DNA of 63,313 bases, counting the filler, from Octopus bimaculoides (taxonomy: Eukaryota), in the NCBI RefSeq assembly GCF_001194135.2. It is 4 parts of 4 records of this genome, joined end to end, with 100 filler letters (N's around TTAATTAATTAA, not from the genome) between each part and the next. Parts side by side here need not be neighbours in the genome. Positions count along the whole stretch, not along the records: positions 1 to 20,610 come from NC_068991.1; 3 more parts are not named here. One strand, written 5' to 3'. The position numbers were made by a program, and so were the translations under genes. Positions 1 through 12,207 of the stretch are shown here, one piece after another. Position 1 is the stretch's first letter; each line of letters begins with the position of its first letter. The notes below the pieces were generated by a model that made no database searches, was not told where the DNA came from, and saw only the letters and a list, made by a program, of their open reading frames with translations.

Positions 1-859
1 TGAATAGATTATCGGATGTTTCTATTCACAGCAGATCACAATACGATTCCTTAAGTACGTAATTATATATCGATACCCGCGTGCCATCGGAAAGGTCAGC
101 AAATTGGGTCAATGAGTTCCTAACAAACTTTCCGAGTCCGATCCCGAGAGTGAATGTGTGCTTTTCTTTGGTGTCACGTCTCACGAATAGACCGAATTGT
201 GACTGTTGACGAGAAATGGGTCCTCTATAAAAATGTCAACCGACGAAGGCAGTGGGTAGCGAAAGGAGAAACACCGGTACCACAGGCTGCAGATCTTCAC
301 CCACCCCAGGTAAGGTGATGTTATCTGTTTGGTGGGATATGAAAGGTTTAGTCCACTTTGAAATTTTAAACCCAAACCAAACGATAACAAAGAAGATCTC
401 GAGCAGCTTGAGCGTCTCAAGTCAGCACTAGAAGAAAAACGACCATCTTTGGTTTCAAAATGAAAGGTGTTCTTCCATCAGGATAATGCTCGGCCACATA
501 CAGCGAGGATGACATTCCAAATGCTGGAGTAGTTTTAATGGGAAGCGATACCCCCACCCACCATATTTGCCGGGCATTGCTCGATCTGATCATAATGTAT
601 TCCACAGTCTTCAAAATCATTTGGACGGAAAAAATATGAATTCCATAGACAAGGTCAGAACAGTACTGGAGGAGTAGTTTTTTGTCACGGACAATTGAAT
701 TTTGGAGGAGAGGCCTTGCAAGTCTACCAGATAGATGGAAGTGCATTGTAGACAATGAAGGAGAGCATATTTTAGATTAAAAAAGAACTTCGTTTATCTT
801 AAATTTTAAAAATAAAAGAAGTATAAAAGATCCACATTATTTATGGGATGGCCCAGTTA
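1..859 (+). mobile_element. Mariner (DD34D) transposon, 3' two-thirds, decayed; truncated at window start
   Basis: Manual translation across frameshifts gives GKVSKLGQ*VPNKL (WVPHEL-like), RIVTVDEKW, KVMLSVWWDMKG, FHQDNARPH and PHPPYLPGIARSD, with 34 residues between the 2nd and 3rd Asp. It ends HILD* at 778-780, followed by a TIR-like end (cattatttatgggatggcccagtta). In-frame stops indicate a pseudogene. Confidence 0.92.
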
Positions 860-1517
860 TTTTGAGATTATGTCTGAAGATTTACACATGGGAAAAGATC
901 TAAATGTATGAACCTACATTTTATTAGGAATATATTCCATGCATATCATTATTAATTTTCAAATCTATAATCATAAAATGCTTTAGCCACGTTATAATGA
1001 CACATGTGTAGGTANNNNNNNNNNNNNNNNNNNNNNNNNNNNNNNNNNNNNNNNNNNNNNNNNNNNNNNNNNNNNNNNNNNNNNNNNNNNNNNNNNNNNN
1101 NNNNNNNNNNNNNNACTCATATGTGTGTGTGTGTGTGTGTGTGTGTATTTATGTACAAACGGATATGTGTTTCTACTGTATATGCCGGCGTATCGCATGC
1201 GCAACTACATAAAACATACCACTAGCTGTTAAGGACATTTATAGTAAAATAAATAGAATTTTAGTACTTTTACCATGCGTTCAGTGAAAGTTATTTCAAA
1301 GATTCTTTGATGGGTAAAAACTATGATTTTTATGCGTGCAACTTCAATACATGTTGGAGTCATTTACAGACTCATATTTAGTAATTATGAGAGGAAAATA
1401 AATTAAATTTAGTATAGCTAAAATGAAATAGTGTACAATTTTGGCAATAGCAAATGGTGATACATACACACAGAGCAGATATAGGGAGAATTCACAAAAA
1501 AATAAATAAATAAATAA

Positions 1518-1810
1518 AAACAGATGAAGACAGGTGGTGTAGAAAACAAACAGATGTATTAGTATAACGCTCGGGAATTGAAAAAGTCTTTAACGTTTCG
1601 AGCTTACGCCNNNNNNNNNNNNNNNNNNNNNNNNNNNNNNNNNNNNNNNNNNNNNNNNNNNNNNNNNNNNNNNNNNNNNNNNNNNNNNNNNNNNNNAAAC
1701 AGATGAAGACAGGTGGTGTAGAAAACAAACAGATGTATTAGTATAACGCTCGGGAATTGAAAAAGTCTTTAACGTTTCGAGCTTACGCCCTTCCACAGAA
1801 AGGAACACAT
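1518..1810 (-). repeat. Short repeat fragment with a degenerate hammerhead-like motif, possibly a Penelope-type terminal repeat; 93 bp duplicated across a gap
   Basis: The minus strand reads CTGTGGAA-GGGC-GTAA-GCTC-GAAAC at 1798-1773. The segments 1518-1610 and 1697-1789 are identical and flank an N gap. Family assignment is an inference. Confidence 0.35.
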
Positions 1811-2004
1811 ATATGTACCCATATATGCATGTATATATACATATATATGTAGGTATGTACATATATATATATGTATATATGCATATATTTATATATTTTT
1901 TTCTATAATGTTATATGTATATATATATATAAGATTTTATTGTTTTATTCGTTTCAGACATGAAGCTGCGGTTATGCTCAAGCACCATCGTGATTTTTCC
2001 CTTT

Positions 2005-2210
2005 TAGGTACGAATCTTCTTTGGCTGATTTCTTGAGAGTGGTGGGAGTTAACACTCCTGTATATGCCTTTGCTTTGGTTGTTGGCCCATTTGATGCACG
2101 AGGCAGTTTGATACCGCAGCCCTCTTTTCTACCTAATGCCGGACCGTTGGTTCATCCGGAGAGGAGAATATCGAGTTCCTTTTTGAAGACATCTACGTTA
2201 CATCCTCTCT
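2005..2210 (-). mobile_element. 3' end of a CR1/L2-group LINE ORF2, decayed
   Basis: The minus strand translates RGCNVDVFKKELDILLSG...RAAVSNCLVHQ. This resembles the C-terminal 'VFKxxLDxFL..PDxP...RAA.SNSL' tail I recall from CR1-group LINEs. Confidence 0.5.
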
Positions 2211-2221
2211 GTCTCTCTCTA

Positions 2222-2306
<85 letters not shown>
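2209..2306. repeat. Compound (CT)n-(AT)n microsatellite running into an N gap
   Basis: Directly visible. Many similar (AT)n tracts border gaps across the window, e.g. 4316-4383, 5279-5310, 6109-6133, 9291-9332, 38043-38072. Confidence 0.95.
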
Positions 2307-2939
2307 NNNNNNNNNNNNNNNNNNNNNNNNNNNNNNNNNNNNNNNNNNNNNNNNNNNNNNNNNNNNNNNNNNNNNNNNNNNNNNNNNNNNNNNNNNNNNN
2401 NNNNNNNNNNNNNNNNNNNNNNNNNNNNNNNNNNNNNNNNNNNNNNNNNNNNNNNNNNNNNNNNNNNNNNNNNNNNNNNNNNNNNNNNNNNNNNNNNNNN
2501 NNNNNNNNNNNNNNNNNNNNNNNNNNNNNNNNNNNNNNNNNNNNNNNNNNNNNNNNNNNNNNNNNNNNNNNNNNNNNNNNNNNNNNNNNNNNNNNNNNNN
2601 NNNNNNNNNNNNNNNNNNNNNNNNNNNNNNNNNNNNNNNNNNNNNNNNNNNNNNNNNNNNNNNNNNNNNNNNNNNNNNNNNNNNNNNNNNNNNNNNNNNN
2701 NNNNNNNNNNNNNNNNNNNNNNNNNNNNNNNNNNNNNNNNNNNNNNNNNNNNNNNNNNNNNNNNNNNNNNNNNNNNNNNNNNNNNNNNNNNNNNNNNNNN
2801 NNNNNNNNNNNNNNNNNNNNNNNNNNNNNNNNNNNNNNNNNNNNNNNNNNNNNNNNNNNNNNNNNNNNNNNNNNNNNNNNNNNNNNNNNNNNNNNNNNNN
2901 NNNNNNNNNNNNNNNNNNNNNNNNNNNNNNNNNNNNNNN

Positions 2940-2986
<47 letters not shown>

Positions 2987-3844
2987 TATACACAAACATA
3001 TATCGGCAAGAGCTGATACAAAACAAGCAGCATAGTACAATAATTTGAATAAGTTCCTTTATATATGGAAATAAATCAAATATTTCATTAATTTCATCGG
3101 ACTACAAGCAACAGGGGACAAATTGAATACAGTCTTAGAAAACCTGGAAATTTATGTCAGGAAGTGAAGGTTATTTCTAGTCATAAATCTGGAGCACAAT
3201 GACGTTGATCCTGTGGTATCTTCAATATCGTTGTATGTTGAAATTATAGATAGCGAATGAGCTTTCGTCGTGGCGTTTGTACATGATTTCTGACAGTGAC
3301 CAAAGCGAGACAAGATCAATATTCTCCCTTCACCATTTCGGCGACAATGAAATAAAATGCTTGTGAAAGGCAATGAATTGCGTGAAATTATTGGGCCAAC
3401 AATTTGCAAGGGGCAGATGAACTTAGTAGAATCACGAACTACCAAACAGCTGTGTATAAGAATCCCCTAGACTTCATTCAGACATCTCGTGCCGGAAGCA
3501 AAACGCTGTTGTAACACCTGTAATTTCATTTGTATCCAACGATGTAGACTAGTTCTTCTTTGGGTAAATTCAAAGTTTGTCTAGCGAGTGAGACTCACCC
3601 TGAGTAAGATCTTTCTTCGCTATTAGAATCTTCAGGTAGAGTAATCGCTTGATTTTTAACATATCTATTAACATCTTTATTACGTCTTGCAAACTATATA
3701 TTTATGTGATTGTGTGTGTGTGTGTGTGTGTAAGTATGAATTCACTGTCAACACTTTTCCTTGTAACCTTATAGTACACTTGTACACTATTCTGTTTCTT
3801 TATTGAGTACTTCTTCGGATTCTTAGTTTAGTTATGTTATGTTT

Positions 3845-4127
3845 CTTGTTCCTTCTCGAGCCATACCTGGCTCATAAGGGTCGGTTTCCCGGTTTCATCG
3901 GTGTATAGGTTCCCCACCTGGACAGGTGAGCTGCTAGTTGCAGGAGGAAACAGTGAGAGTAAGTTATGGCGAAATAGTCGGCAGAAGTTCGCCATTACCT
4001 TCTGCCGGAGCCGCGTGGAGCATAGGTGTTTCGCTCATAAACACACACATCGCCCGGTCTGAGATTCGAACCCGCTATCCCTCGACTACGAGTCGGCTGC
4101 TCTAACCACCAGGTCATGTACCTCCAC
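3845..4127 (-). mobile_element. tRNA-derived SINE (OR-like head, tail type 2)
   Basis: Minus-strand 5' end GTGGAGGTACATGACCTGGTGGTTAGAG (A box) and GGGTTCGAATCTC (B box). The next ~110 bp are shared with the SINEs at 15099 and 17167, then the 3' half differs. Consistent with the octopus OR1/OR2 SINE description (name recalled, not verified). Confidence 0.8.
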
Positions 4128-4313
4128 TAGTTTAATTATCTTTATGTATAATTATACATAAACACACTATCTGTTTATGCGTGCATGCCTGTGTGTATCT
4201 ATGTATGTATGTGTGTACGTATGTATGCATGAATGCATATGTATATGCATGCGTTTACATACGTATGTATGTGTATCCATCTAGTTATCTATCTCTCCTC
4301 ACTTTTCCCCTTT

Positions 4314-4346
<33 letters not shown>

Positions 4347-4356
4347 NNNNNNNNNN

Positions 4357-4389
<33 letters not shown>

Positions 4390-5277
4390 TATAAAGCTAA
4401 AGAAACTAATATGTAGGTGGGGCGAAATCTAAGCTGTGTTCTCTTGAAGCACATCTGCTTATTCCAGTATTACACTCCAGTATTTAATTGTTAATATTGT
4501 TCTATTGATATGAGGTACCCATCGGAGTCGAAATTTCTGGAAATACTGTCGGCAGAGTTATCATATAACAAAGCAGGACGTTGGAAAAGTGTTTGGCATT
4601 ATTTATTCACCATTACAGATGTTTCATTTCTTACTACGAAGTACTGAGTTGTATATGCTGGAAAAACATGAAAGAAAATATATCCTATTAAAAATTCTCC
4701 AGACAGAGGATCAGAAACATATTATTTGACACTCTCTCTGAAAAAAATTGTAATAGGAAATAACTTACAAGTTTATACAACGTATAAAACTTTGTCATTC
4801 CTATTAACAAATGAAATATATGGAATGATGCATAATACTAAAAATGTGCAACTTCCTGTTATGTTCATATATATATATACACATACATACACATGCACGC
4901 ACAAACACACAGACACACACACACGTACACAATGACACACGTATGCAAGTGTTGCTTTCGCACTCTCTATCTCTGTATGTATGTATGTATATATATATAT
5001 GTATATATATATANNNNNNNNNNNNNNNNNNNNNNNNNNNNNNNNNNNNNNNNNNNNNNNNNNNNNNNNNNNNNNNNNNNNNNNNNNNNNNNNNNNNNNN
5101 NNNNNNNNNNNNNNNNNNNNNNNNNNNNNNNNNNNNNNNNNNNNNNNNNNNNNNNNNNNNNNNNNNNNNNNNNNNNNNNNNNNNNNNNNNNNNNNNNNNN
5201 NNNNNNNNNNNNNNNNNNNNNNNNNNNNNNNNNNNNNNNNNNNNNNNNNNNNNNNNNNNNNNNNNNNNNNNNNNNNN

Positions 5278-5315
<38 letters not shown>

Positions 5316-5384
5316 TAAATGAGTATATGCATATATACGTACAGGTATGTGCGTACCGACATCCACCTGTATGTATAGGTGCAT

Positions 5385-5560
5385 ATCTGGGTACAGGACA
5401 TTGCAAACAAAACGTAGACGAGAAAACACACAAGCCACATAGAGAACATTCTACTTCATCAGCTAGCCCCGTTTTAACACCGGCGTTTCGAAGAGCTGGG
5501 CAGGACGCATCGTTAAAACGGCTCTTCCCATGGACCGGGCAATACAAAGCCAGCCATACA
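5385..5560 (-). repeat. Structured GC-richer repeat fragment carrying hammerhead-core-like motifs
   Basis: The minus strand contains GUC, GAAAC and CTGATGA. There is a 10-bp inverted repeat (5469-5478 / 5512-5521) and a 7-bp inverted repeat (GAAGAGC / GCTCTTC). The unit sits between microsatellites. Confidence 0.4.
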
Positions 5561-5565
5561 TAGCT

Positions 5566-5648
5566 ACATACATACATACATACATACATACATACATACA
5601 TACATACATACATACATACATGCATACATACATACATACATACATACA
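5566..5648. repeat. (TACA)n tetranucleotide microsatellite
   Basis: Directly visible, about 20 units. Similar (TATG)n tracts lie at 9369-9412 and 58075-58151. Confidence 0.95.
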
Positions 5649-6328
5649 CACGTACTTACGTGCACACAAATAATAAGTCTATATAAAACCCATAAGTCGT
5701 GTAATCATTTTCTCACTAAAAAATTTATTAACATAACGATTTAATGTTTTCTAGTGTTTAAAATTTTTAAAGAGAGACTATGCGGAAATCTATGTTACTT
5801 GTCTCACCGGATCTTGTACCCCTCGGGAGACTAATATCTGGTGTTGTACTTTTCCTGTGAGAACAGCAAAAATAGCACAAATGTATATACTATAAGGATG
5901 TATGTATGTGTGTGTGTATGTGTGATAATGTGCTTGCGTATGTACGTATGTATGTGTATGTGTCATTCTCTTTCTAAATGTTTTCTTGTCTCTCTCTCTC
6001 TGTCTCTTTCTATCTCTCTCTATCTCTCCAGCTCGGTTTTCCTTTCTCTCGGGCTATGAATGTTCGTGGGTGTATGTGTGTGCATATATACATATATGTA
6101 TGTATGTAATATATATATATATATATATATATANNNNNNNNNNNNNNNNNNNNNNNNNNNNNNNNNNNNNNNNNNNNNNNNNNNNNNNNNNNNNNNNNNN
6201 NNNNNNNNNNNNNNNNNNNNNNNNNNNNNNNNNNNNNNNNNNNNNNNNNNNNNNNNNNNNNNNNNNNNNNNNNNNNNNNNNNNNNNNNNNNNNNNNNNNN
6301 NNNNNNNNNNNNNNNNNNNNNNNNNNNN

Positions 6329-6376
<48 letters not shown>

Positions 6377-6424
6377 GCATATATGTATATATACATCTAT
6401 ACTCAATATGCTTCCACATATATG

Positions 6425-7255
6425 CAGGGTGCGACGAGTAAATTGTCACCATTTTATATAAGTTTAATTTCGCGCGTGCACATTGTTTCTTTTTGATTTT
6501 GTCAACTACACAGTATAGTAGGGTCAGTTGGGCAGCGTCTGCGCAATTCACTCTGCCAGAAATTTGGGAACGATATGCTGTATCGCTTGGCATTCGCGCC
6601 TGAAACTCCAATACGAACATTTCAGAGTGCTTGTGTGTCAATTTGAGGACAAGTACCGAGAGTGAAAAAAATCAAGCACCCAGTCAACATCATGGTGTTT
6701 GGAGTGGTCACTAGCGATGACGACGTTATGCCACCATTCATCTTTCTACACGGCTTCAGACACAACACGAAGGCCTACATCTAGTACCTGGAAGGGGTAG
6801 TAGTGCCCTGGATCAATGGAGTGGATGCTGAAAGACCCTATGTCTGTCAACAGGACTTTGCACCATGCCACACGAGCAGGAGAACCCAGTCATGGCTGTC
6901 AGACAATTTCTGCGACCACATCACTTCTGACATCTGGCAACCTAACTCTCCACACTGCAAACCCTTGATTATTATGTGTGGGGCGCAGTTGAGCGAGAGA
7001 CCAGAAAACTCCTTGTAACATCAAAGATGAACTGATAAACAGCTTAAACAAGGAGACTACCCAGAGGAGTTACGGGAGAATCCAAAGTCGTCTGAAGGCC
7101 GTGTTTGAAACCAATGTCGATTTTATTGAATAAATTTACTCTTTAGCATTTGAAGATATTTTCATATAATTTTGGTAAATATATCTGTTAAATGAGATGT
7201 CAGTGTCATTTTCATTTTTGTGTAATTTAGACGACAGTTTATTCATCGCACCATG
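6425..7255 (+). mobile_element. maT-family (Tc1/mariner DD37D) transposon, internally deleted, both TIRs present
   Basis: The TIRs cagggtgcgacgagtaaattgtc (6425-6447) and the reverse complement of 7233-7255 match at 19/23. Translation gives IMVFGVVTSD...YVCQQDFAPCHTS...IWQPNSPHCKP/LDYYVWGAV, with 37 residues between the Asp in QD and the Asp in PLD (one frameshift). Confidence 0.88.
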
Positions 7256-9290
7256 GATATATATATGTGTGTGTGTGTGTGTGTGTCTACGTGTGTGTGT
7301 GTGCGCATATTTATATGTGCATAAGTGTGTGTGCATATGTGCATATCACTGGCTGTGTATATGTGCATGAAGAATGGGTTACACTGAGAGAGAGAGAGAG
7401 AGATAGAGAGGGGGAGAGAGCAAGGGAGAGGACGAGAGAGAGGTGACAGAGAAATATAGTTATAGAAAGTAGTGTTATGCTAAAGATACTAAAATATAAG
7501 ATAAGTTAACACGAGTTCACTCCAAGAGCCAGTCTCAGATTGAAGTTTCTTTTGATATAAATACACAAACATATCTATGTCATTTCCCTACAAAAATGAA
7601 AGGACGTACATCCTATCCGGCCTTTAGCACCACCACGCCATCTATACACATTCTATTTCTCTTCCTCGCTTGCTAAGTTCTGTCAGTGATCTGCTGCCAT
7701 ATTTCTGTAGGGCACCAGTTTCAATAGTGTTTTTGTAGGTCACAAACCCCAACTCTTTTTCCAGTACTTATTTCATTAACATGGTGAAGAGCAACATTCG
7801 CTACATTAAGTCAAACTGGATGCAAAGAGTTAAAGCTACCTAAATACTCTCGAATGATGCAATAGAAGCAGTTCTATAATAAAAGCTTCGTCAAGATAAG
7901 ATGTTTCATGCATTGCGTGTAGTTGAAAATCCAAAAGCTGCTGTTTTTGTCCGAGAATAATTCCTTTATAGATGTATTGTGATTCAAAAAATGTCATAAA
8001 CTTTTGGACCAGGCGAAACAAAATCAACCCAGAGGTGACTGCGAAAGTGCAAAATACGTATTTCGCTGTTGTTACGTCCTCGTGGCTCTTCCAGAACAAA
8101 ATTGAATCAGCGAGTGTGTATTATATAGAGGTAATCTATAAACCATGCACGGGTCTGCAAAGGCGCTGCATAAGCAGAATAATTCGATTCATGCAATAGA
8201 AGTAATTTTGTGATGAAAGCTTTATCCATACAACATGCTTAATGTGTGTGTGCAGTTGAAAGCCCAGAGGTAGTGGTTTCACCCTGAAAAATTACTCTAT
8301 AGACATATTTTGTTAAAGAAAAACATGCTATACTTCAGAGAAAGACACAGTGGAATCGCCTGAGAAGTAACCATGAGAAATACAGATATGTATTTCGCAG
8401 TTTTTGCGACTTCTCAATGTAATGTATTCGTGAAATACGTTATGTTTTGCTTTCTCAGTCACACCTAGGATGATTTCGTTGTGCCTAGTTCTGAAGTATT
8501 TTATTTTTTTTAATGCAATTGGTCTGCAAAGTGATTCTTTCCCGGACGACAGCCGCAGTGTTTGACTTTCTAACTACATACATACGCTAAGTAGTTTATA
8601 ATGATAAAGCTTAAACTAAATACTGCAATGACGCCTTTTATATTCCACGGTATAGGAAATTTTGTACAGTTGCCATTATAAATTTTAGTTCTACTTTGGT
8701 TTGTACCTGGCCTTTGGTTGATTGTCATATGGATGTCGTCTTTTATCTTTTACTTGTTTCATTTATCGGAGTGTAGGTATGCCAGGGCACTACCTTGAAG
8801 AGACAAACACAGACGCAAAGACACGTATGCACGCATACACACTATATATATATATATANNNNNNNNNNNNNNNNNNNNNNNNNNNNNNNNNNNNNNNNNN
8901 NNNNNNNNNNNNNNNNNNNNNNNNNNNNNNNNNNNNNNNNNNNNNNNNNNNNNNNNNNNNNNNNNNNNNNNNNNNNNNNNNNNNNNNNNNNNNNNNNNNN
9001 NNNNNNNNNNNNNNNNNNNNNNNNNNNNNNNNNNNNNNNNNNNNNNNNNNNNNNNNNNNNNNNNNNNNNNNNNNNNNNNNNNNNNNNNNNNNNNNNNNNN
9101 NNNNNNNNNNNNNNNNNNNNNNNNNNNNNNNNNNNNNNNNNNNNNNNNNNNNNNNNNNNNNNNNNNNNNNNNNNNNNNNNNNNNNNNNNNNNNNNNNNNN
9201 NNNNNNNNNNNNNNNNNNNNNNNNNNNNNNNNNNNNNNNNNNNNNNNNNNNNNNNNNNNNNNNNNNNNNNNNNNNNNNNNNNNNNNNNNN

Positions 9291-9339
<49 letters not shown>

Positions 9340-9362
9340 TACATACATATATATATATGTAT

Positions 9363-9396
<34 letters not shown>

Positions 9397-11549
9397 TGTA
9401 TGTATGTATGTATCAACGGTATTAACTGAGTATCATTGACTTGGATGAAACATGATTGCGATGTTTTGCGACCCATTCTAGTATAACAAACGGAAACCTA
9501 ACCTAATGTTTTACACAAGTTAACACATTTATCTCTGTCGAAGGCTGTCGTAGAAGCTATTAACAAACTGTCACTAACGCTTCTCTCTATGAAACAAGAG
9601 ACTTGCGTTTCAGTGAAATTTGTGAAGCTATTACGGTTAAAAAACAAAATATTCATTGCTGAAAGAACCAAATATTTGTCTTTCGCTGAACAACCGTTTT
9701 GGGGTTATTCTAAAATGTGTACAACGCTTTTGTAATAGATCTTAATTTTGTAAGGTTTATAGAATTGATGAAGTTGGTGAAACTAAAGAAGTGAAATAAA
9801 TTCCAGGGAAAATTTTAAATGTGTGTTTTAAAGATTTTATTGACCAAAGATGCTGAAACAGCTTCAACTGGAGTATAATATTCTCTTTATGCATGTTTGA
9901 ACTTTATTTCACAACAGGAAATGAAACATTTTTGTATCAACAGAGCTTGTGTTTGCCTTAAACTATAGCCTATTTCTTCTGATCTATTTTATGTAAACAA
10001 ACAAAACCTAGGCCAGTTTATCTCTGTTCTGTCAACGAAAATATTGTATGTACGAACAAGGCACTTATATGTCTCTGGCATACAGTGTTGCATAAAATCT
10101 ATTGACATACCATATTAGCAAGATATTAATGAAATTAAATAGCACCAAAGCTATTTGCCAAAGTGTAAATTTTGGGATTACGAAGAAGAATTTATTGCAG
10201 ATAAGTGTTGGGAACATATGCCAAAACTGGTATAGAAAACTTGCAATTTCAATAGATACGTGAGGTAAAATGGGGGAAACGTTAAACAAATGACTAATGA
10301 AAGGTCGTATGCAGAAATGTGTATATATATGGTATTTCCAAATGAAAAAAATCCTCCTTATATGTATGTATGCATGTATGTATGTATATATATATGTATA
10401 TATACAAATATTTTTNNNNNNNNNNNNNNNNNNNNNNNNNNNNNNNNNNNNNNNNNNNNNNNNNNNNNNNNNNNNNNNNNNNNNNNNNNNNNNNNNNNNN
10501 NNNNNNNNNNNNNNNNNNNNNNNNNNNNNNNNNNNNNNNNNNNNNNNNNNNNNNNNNNNNNNNNNNNNNNNNNNNNNNNNNNNNNNNNNNNNNNNNNNNN
10601 NNNNNNNNNNNNNNNNNNNNNNNNNNNNNNNNNNNNNNNNNNNNNNNNNNNNNNNNNNNNNNNNNNNNNNNNNNNNNNNNNNNNNNNNNNNNNNNNNNNN
10701 NNNNNNNNNNNNNNNNNNNNNNNNNNNNNNNNNNNNNNNNNNNNNNNNNNNNNNNNNNNNNNNNNNNNNNNNNNNNNNNNNNNNNNNNNNNNNNNNNNNN
10801 NNNNNNNNNNNNNNNNNNNNNNNNNNNNNNNNNNNNNNNNNNNNNNNNNNNNNNNNNNNNNNNNNNNNNNNNNNNNNNNNNNNNNNNNNNNNNNNNNNNN
10901 NNNNNNNNNNNNNNNNNNNNNNNNNNNNNNNNNNNNNNNNNNNNNNNNNNNNNNNNNNNNNNNNNNNNNNNNNNNNNNNNNNNNNNNNNNNNNNNNNNNN
11001 NNNNNNNNNNNNNNNNNNNNNNNNNNNNNNNNNNNNNNNNNNNNNNNNNNNNNNNNNNNNNTATATGTATATATACAAATATTTTTATATATACAAATAT
11101 TTTTTCTCCACACAAGTAGAAACATAAAGAAATAGAGCTGAAAATGCATATATGCAGATTTTTAAAAATATTTATGATATTAACTTAACGGGTCGATTTT
11201 CGAACACAAATATTGCAAATACTGTCTCACATTCACGCTCTATATAAAAAGCAGCTTGAAGACAATACCCATGATGGTAATTTGTAATTAGTAGATGCAT
11301 CATGTTGATTGGTTATTTTAGACATGTGATTTTATGCAATTTTCGTTGCGAGTACGACATAAATAATTAAAGACAAACACTATTTCAAAGGTAGTATCCA
11401 TTAATGTTCGTTAATAGTGGAATACAACATGCCAAAACAATAGACCGATATTCCGGAATTAGGAAAGAAAAAGTCACTTAAGAGACTCCCAATACTCTAC
11501 AATATATATATATATATATATATATATTGTACATTATATATACGTGTGC

Positions 11550-11584
<35 letters not shown>

Positions 11585-11588
11585 CGTA

Positions 11589-12146
11589 TTAGGTTGTCAA
11601 GAAAGTTCCTGCGGAATTTTAAATTTTGGTTTTAAATGATGTGTTTTTGAATTAATTTTCGTTAAATTACTTTGACTTTATATATCACTTTAAAGTCCGT
11701 TTTTCGCTCTATCTAATCGTGTTACTCTTTTTTGTTTTTTGAATAATTAATGCCATTTTTTCCGGAACGTTGAGGACAACATGGACAAAAAGCAAATTCG
11801 CACAATTTTCTTATTCCAGTTCAAGCTAGGCCGAAAAGCTGCTGAAACCGCTCGCGATATCGACGATGCGTTTGGCTCAGGAACCACTAATGAATGTACA
11901 GCACAATGGTGGTTCAAGAAATTTCGTAGCGTCTTGAAGATAATAAGCGTAGTGGTCGGCCATCGGATGTTGACTACGATCAACTAAGAGCCTTCGTCGA
12001 CTCCAATCCACGCACAACTGTTCGAGAGCTTGCTTCTGAATTAGACATAACGTATACGACAATTTCCAAGCACTTCAAAGAGATTGGAAAAACAAAAATA
12101 CTTGAGAAATGGGTGCCGCACGAATTGAACGACAACCAAAAAGAAA
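11589..12146 (+). mobile_element. Mariner transposon, 5' half (TIR, 5' UTR, HTH region to WVPHEL), truncated
   Basis: TA|TTAGGTTGTCAAGAAAGTT is a TIR-like start. ATG at 11781 gives MDKKQIRTIFLFQFKLGRKAAETARDI...WWFKKFRS. After a frameshift it reads RSGRPSDVD...NPRTTVRELASEL...EKWVPHELND. Confidence 0.92.
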
Positions 12147-12207
12147 CACACATATACATGGGTGTGTATGTGTGCATGTGAATATATATATATATATATA
12201 TATATAA

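Noticed and set aside
1518-1789. Identical 93-bp direct repeat on both sides of an 86-N gap
   Set aside because: Most likely an unmerged contig overlap; a true tandem duplication cannot be supported.
7500-7600. Strong minus-strand acceptor (TTTCATTTTTGTAG) followed by GNDIDMFVYLYQKKLQSETGSWSEL
   Set aside because: No convincing donor and no recognisable homology.
1-12146. Idea that the 3' mariner half (1-859) and the 5' mariner half (11589-12146) are one split element
   Set aside because: The order is wrong, the TIR sequences differ, and the overlapping WVPH region differs (GKVSKLGQ vs GKTKILEK), so these are separate families.
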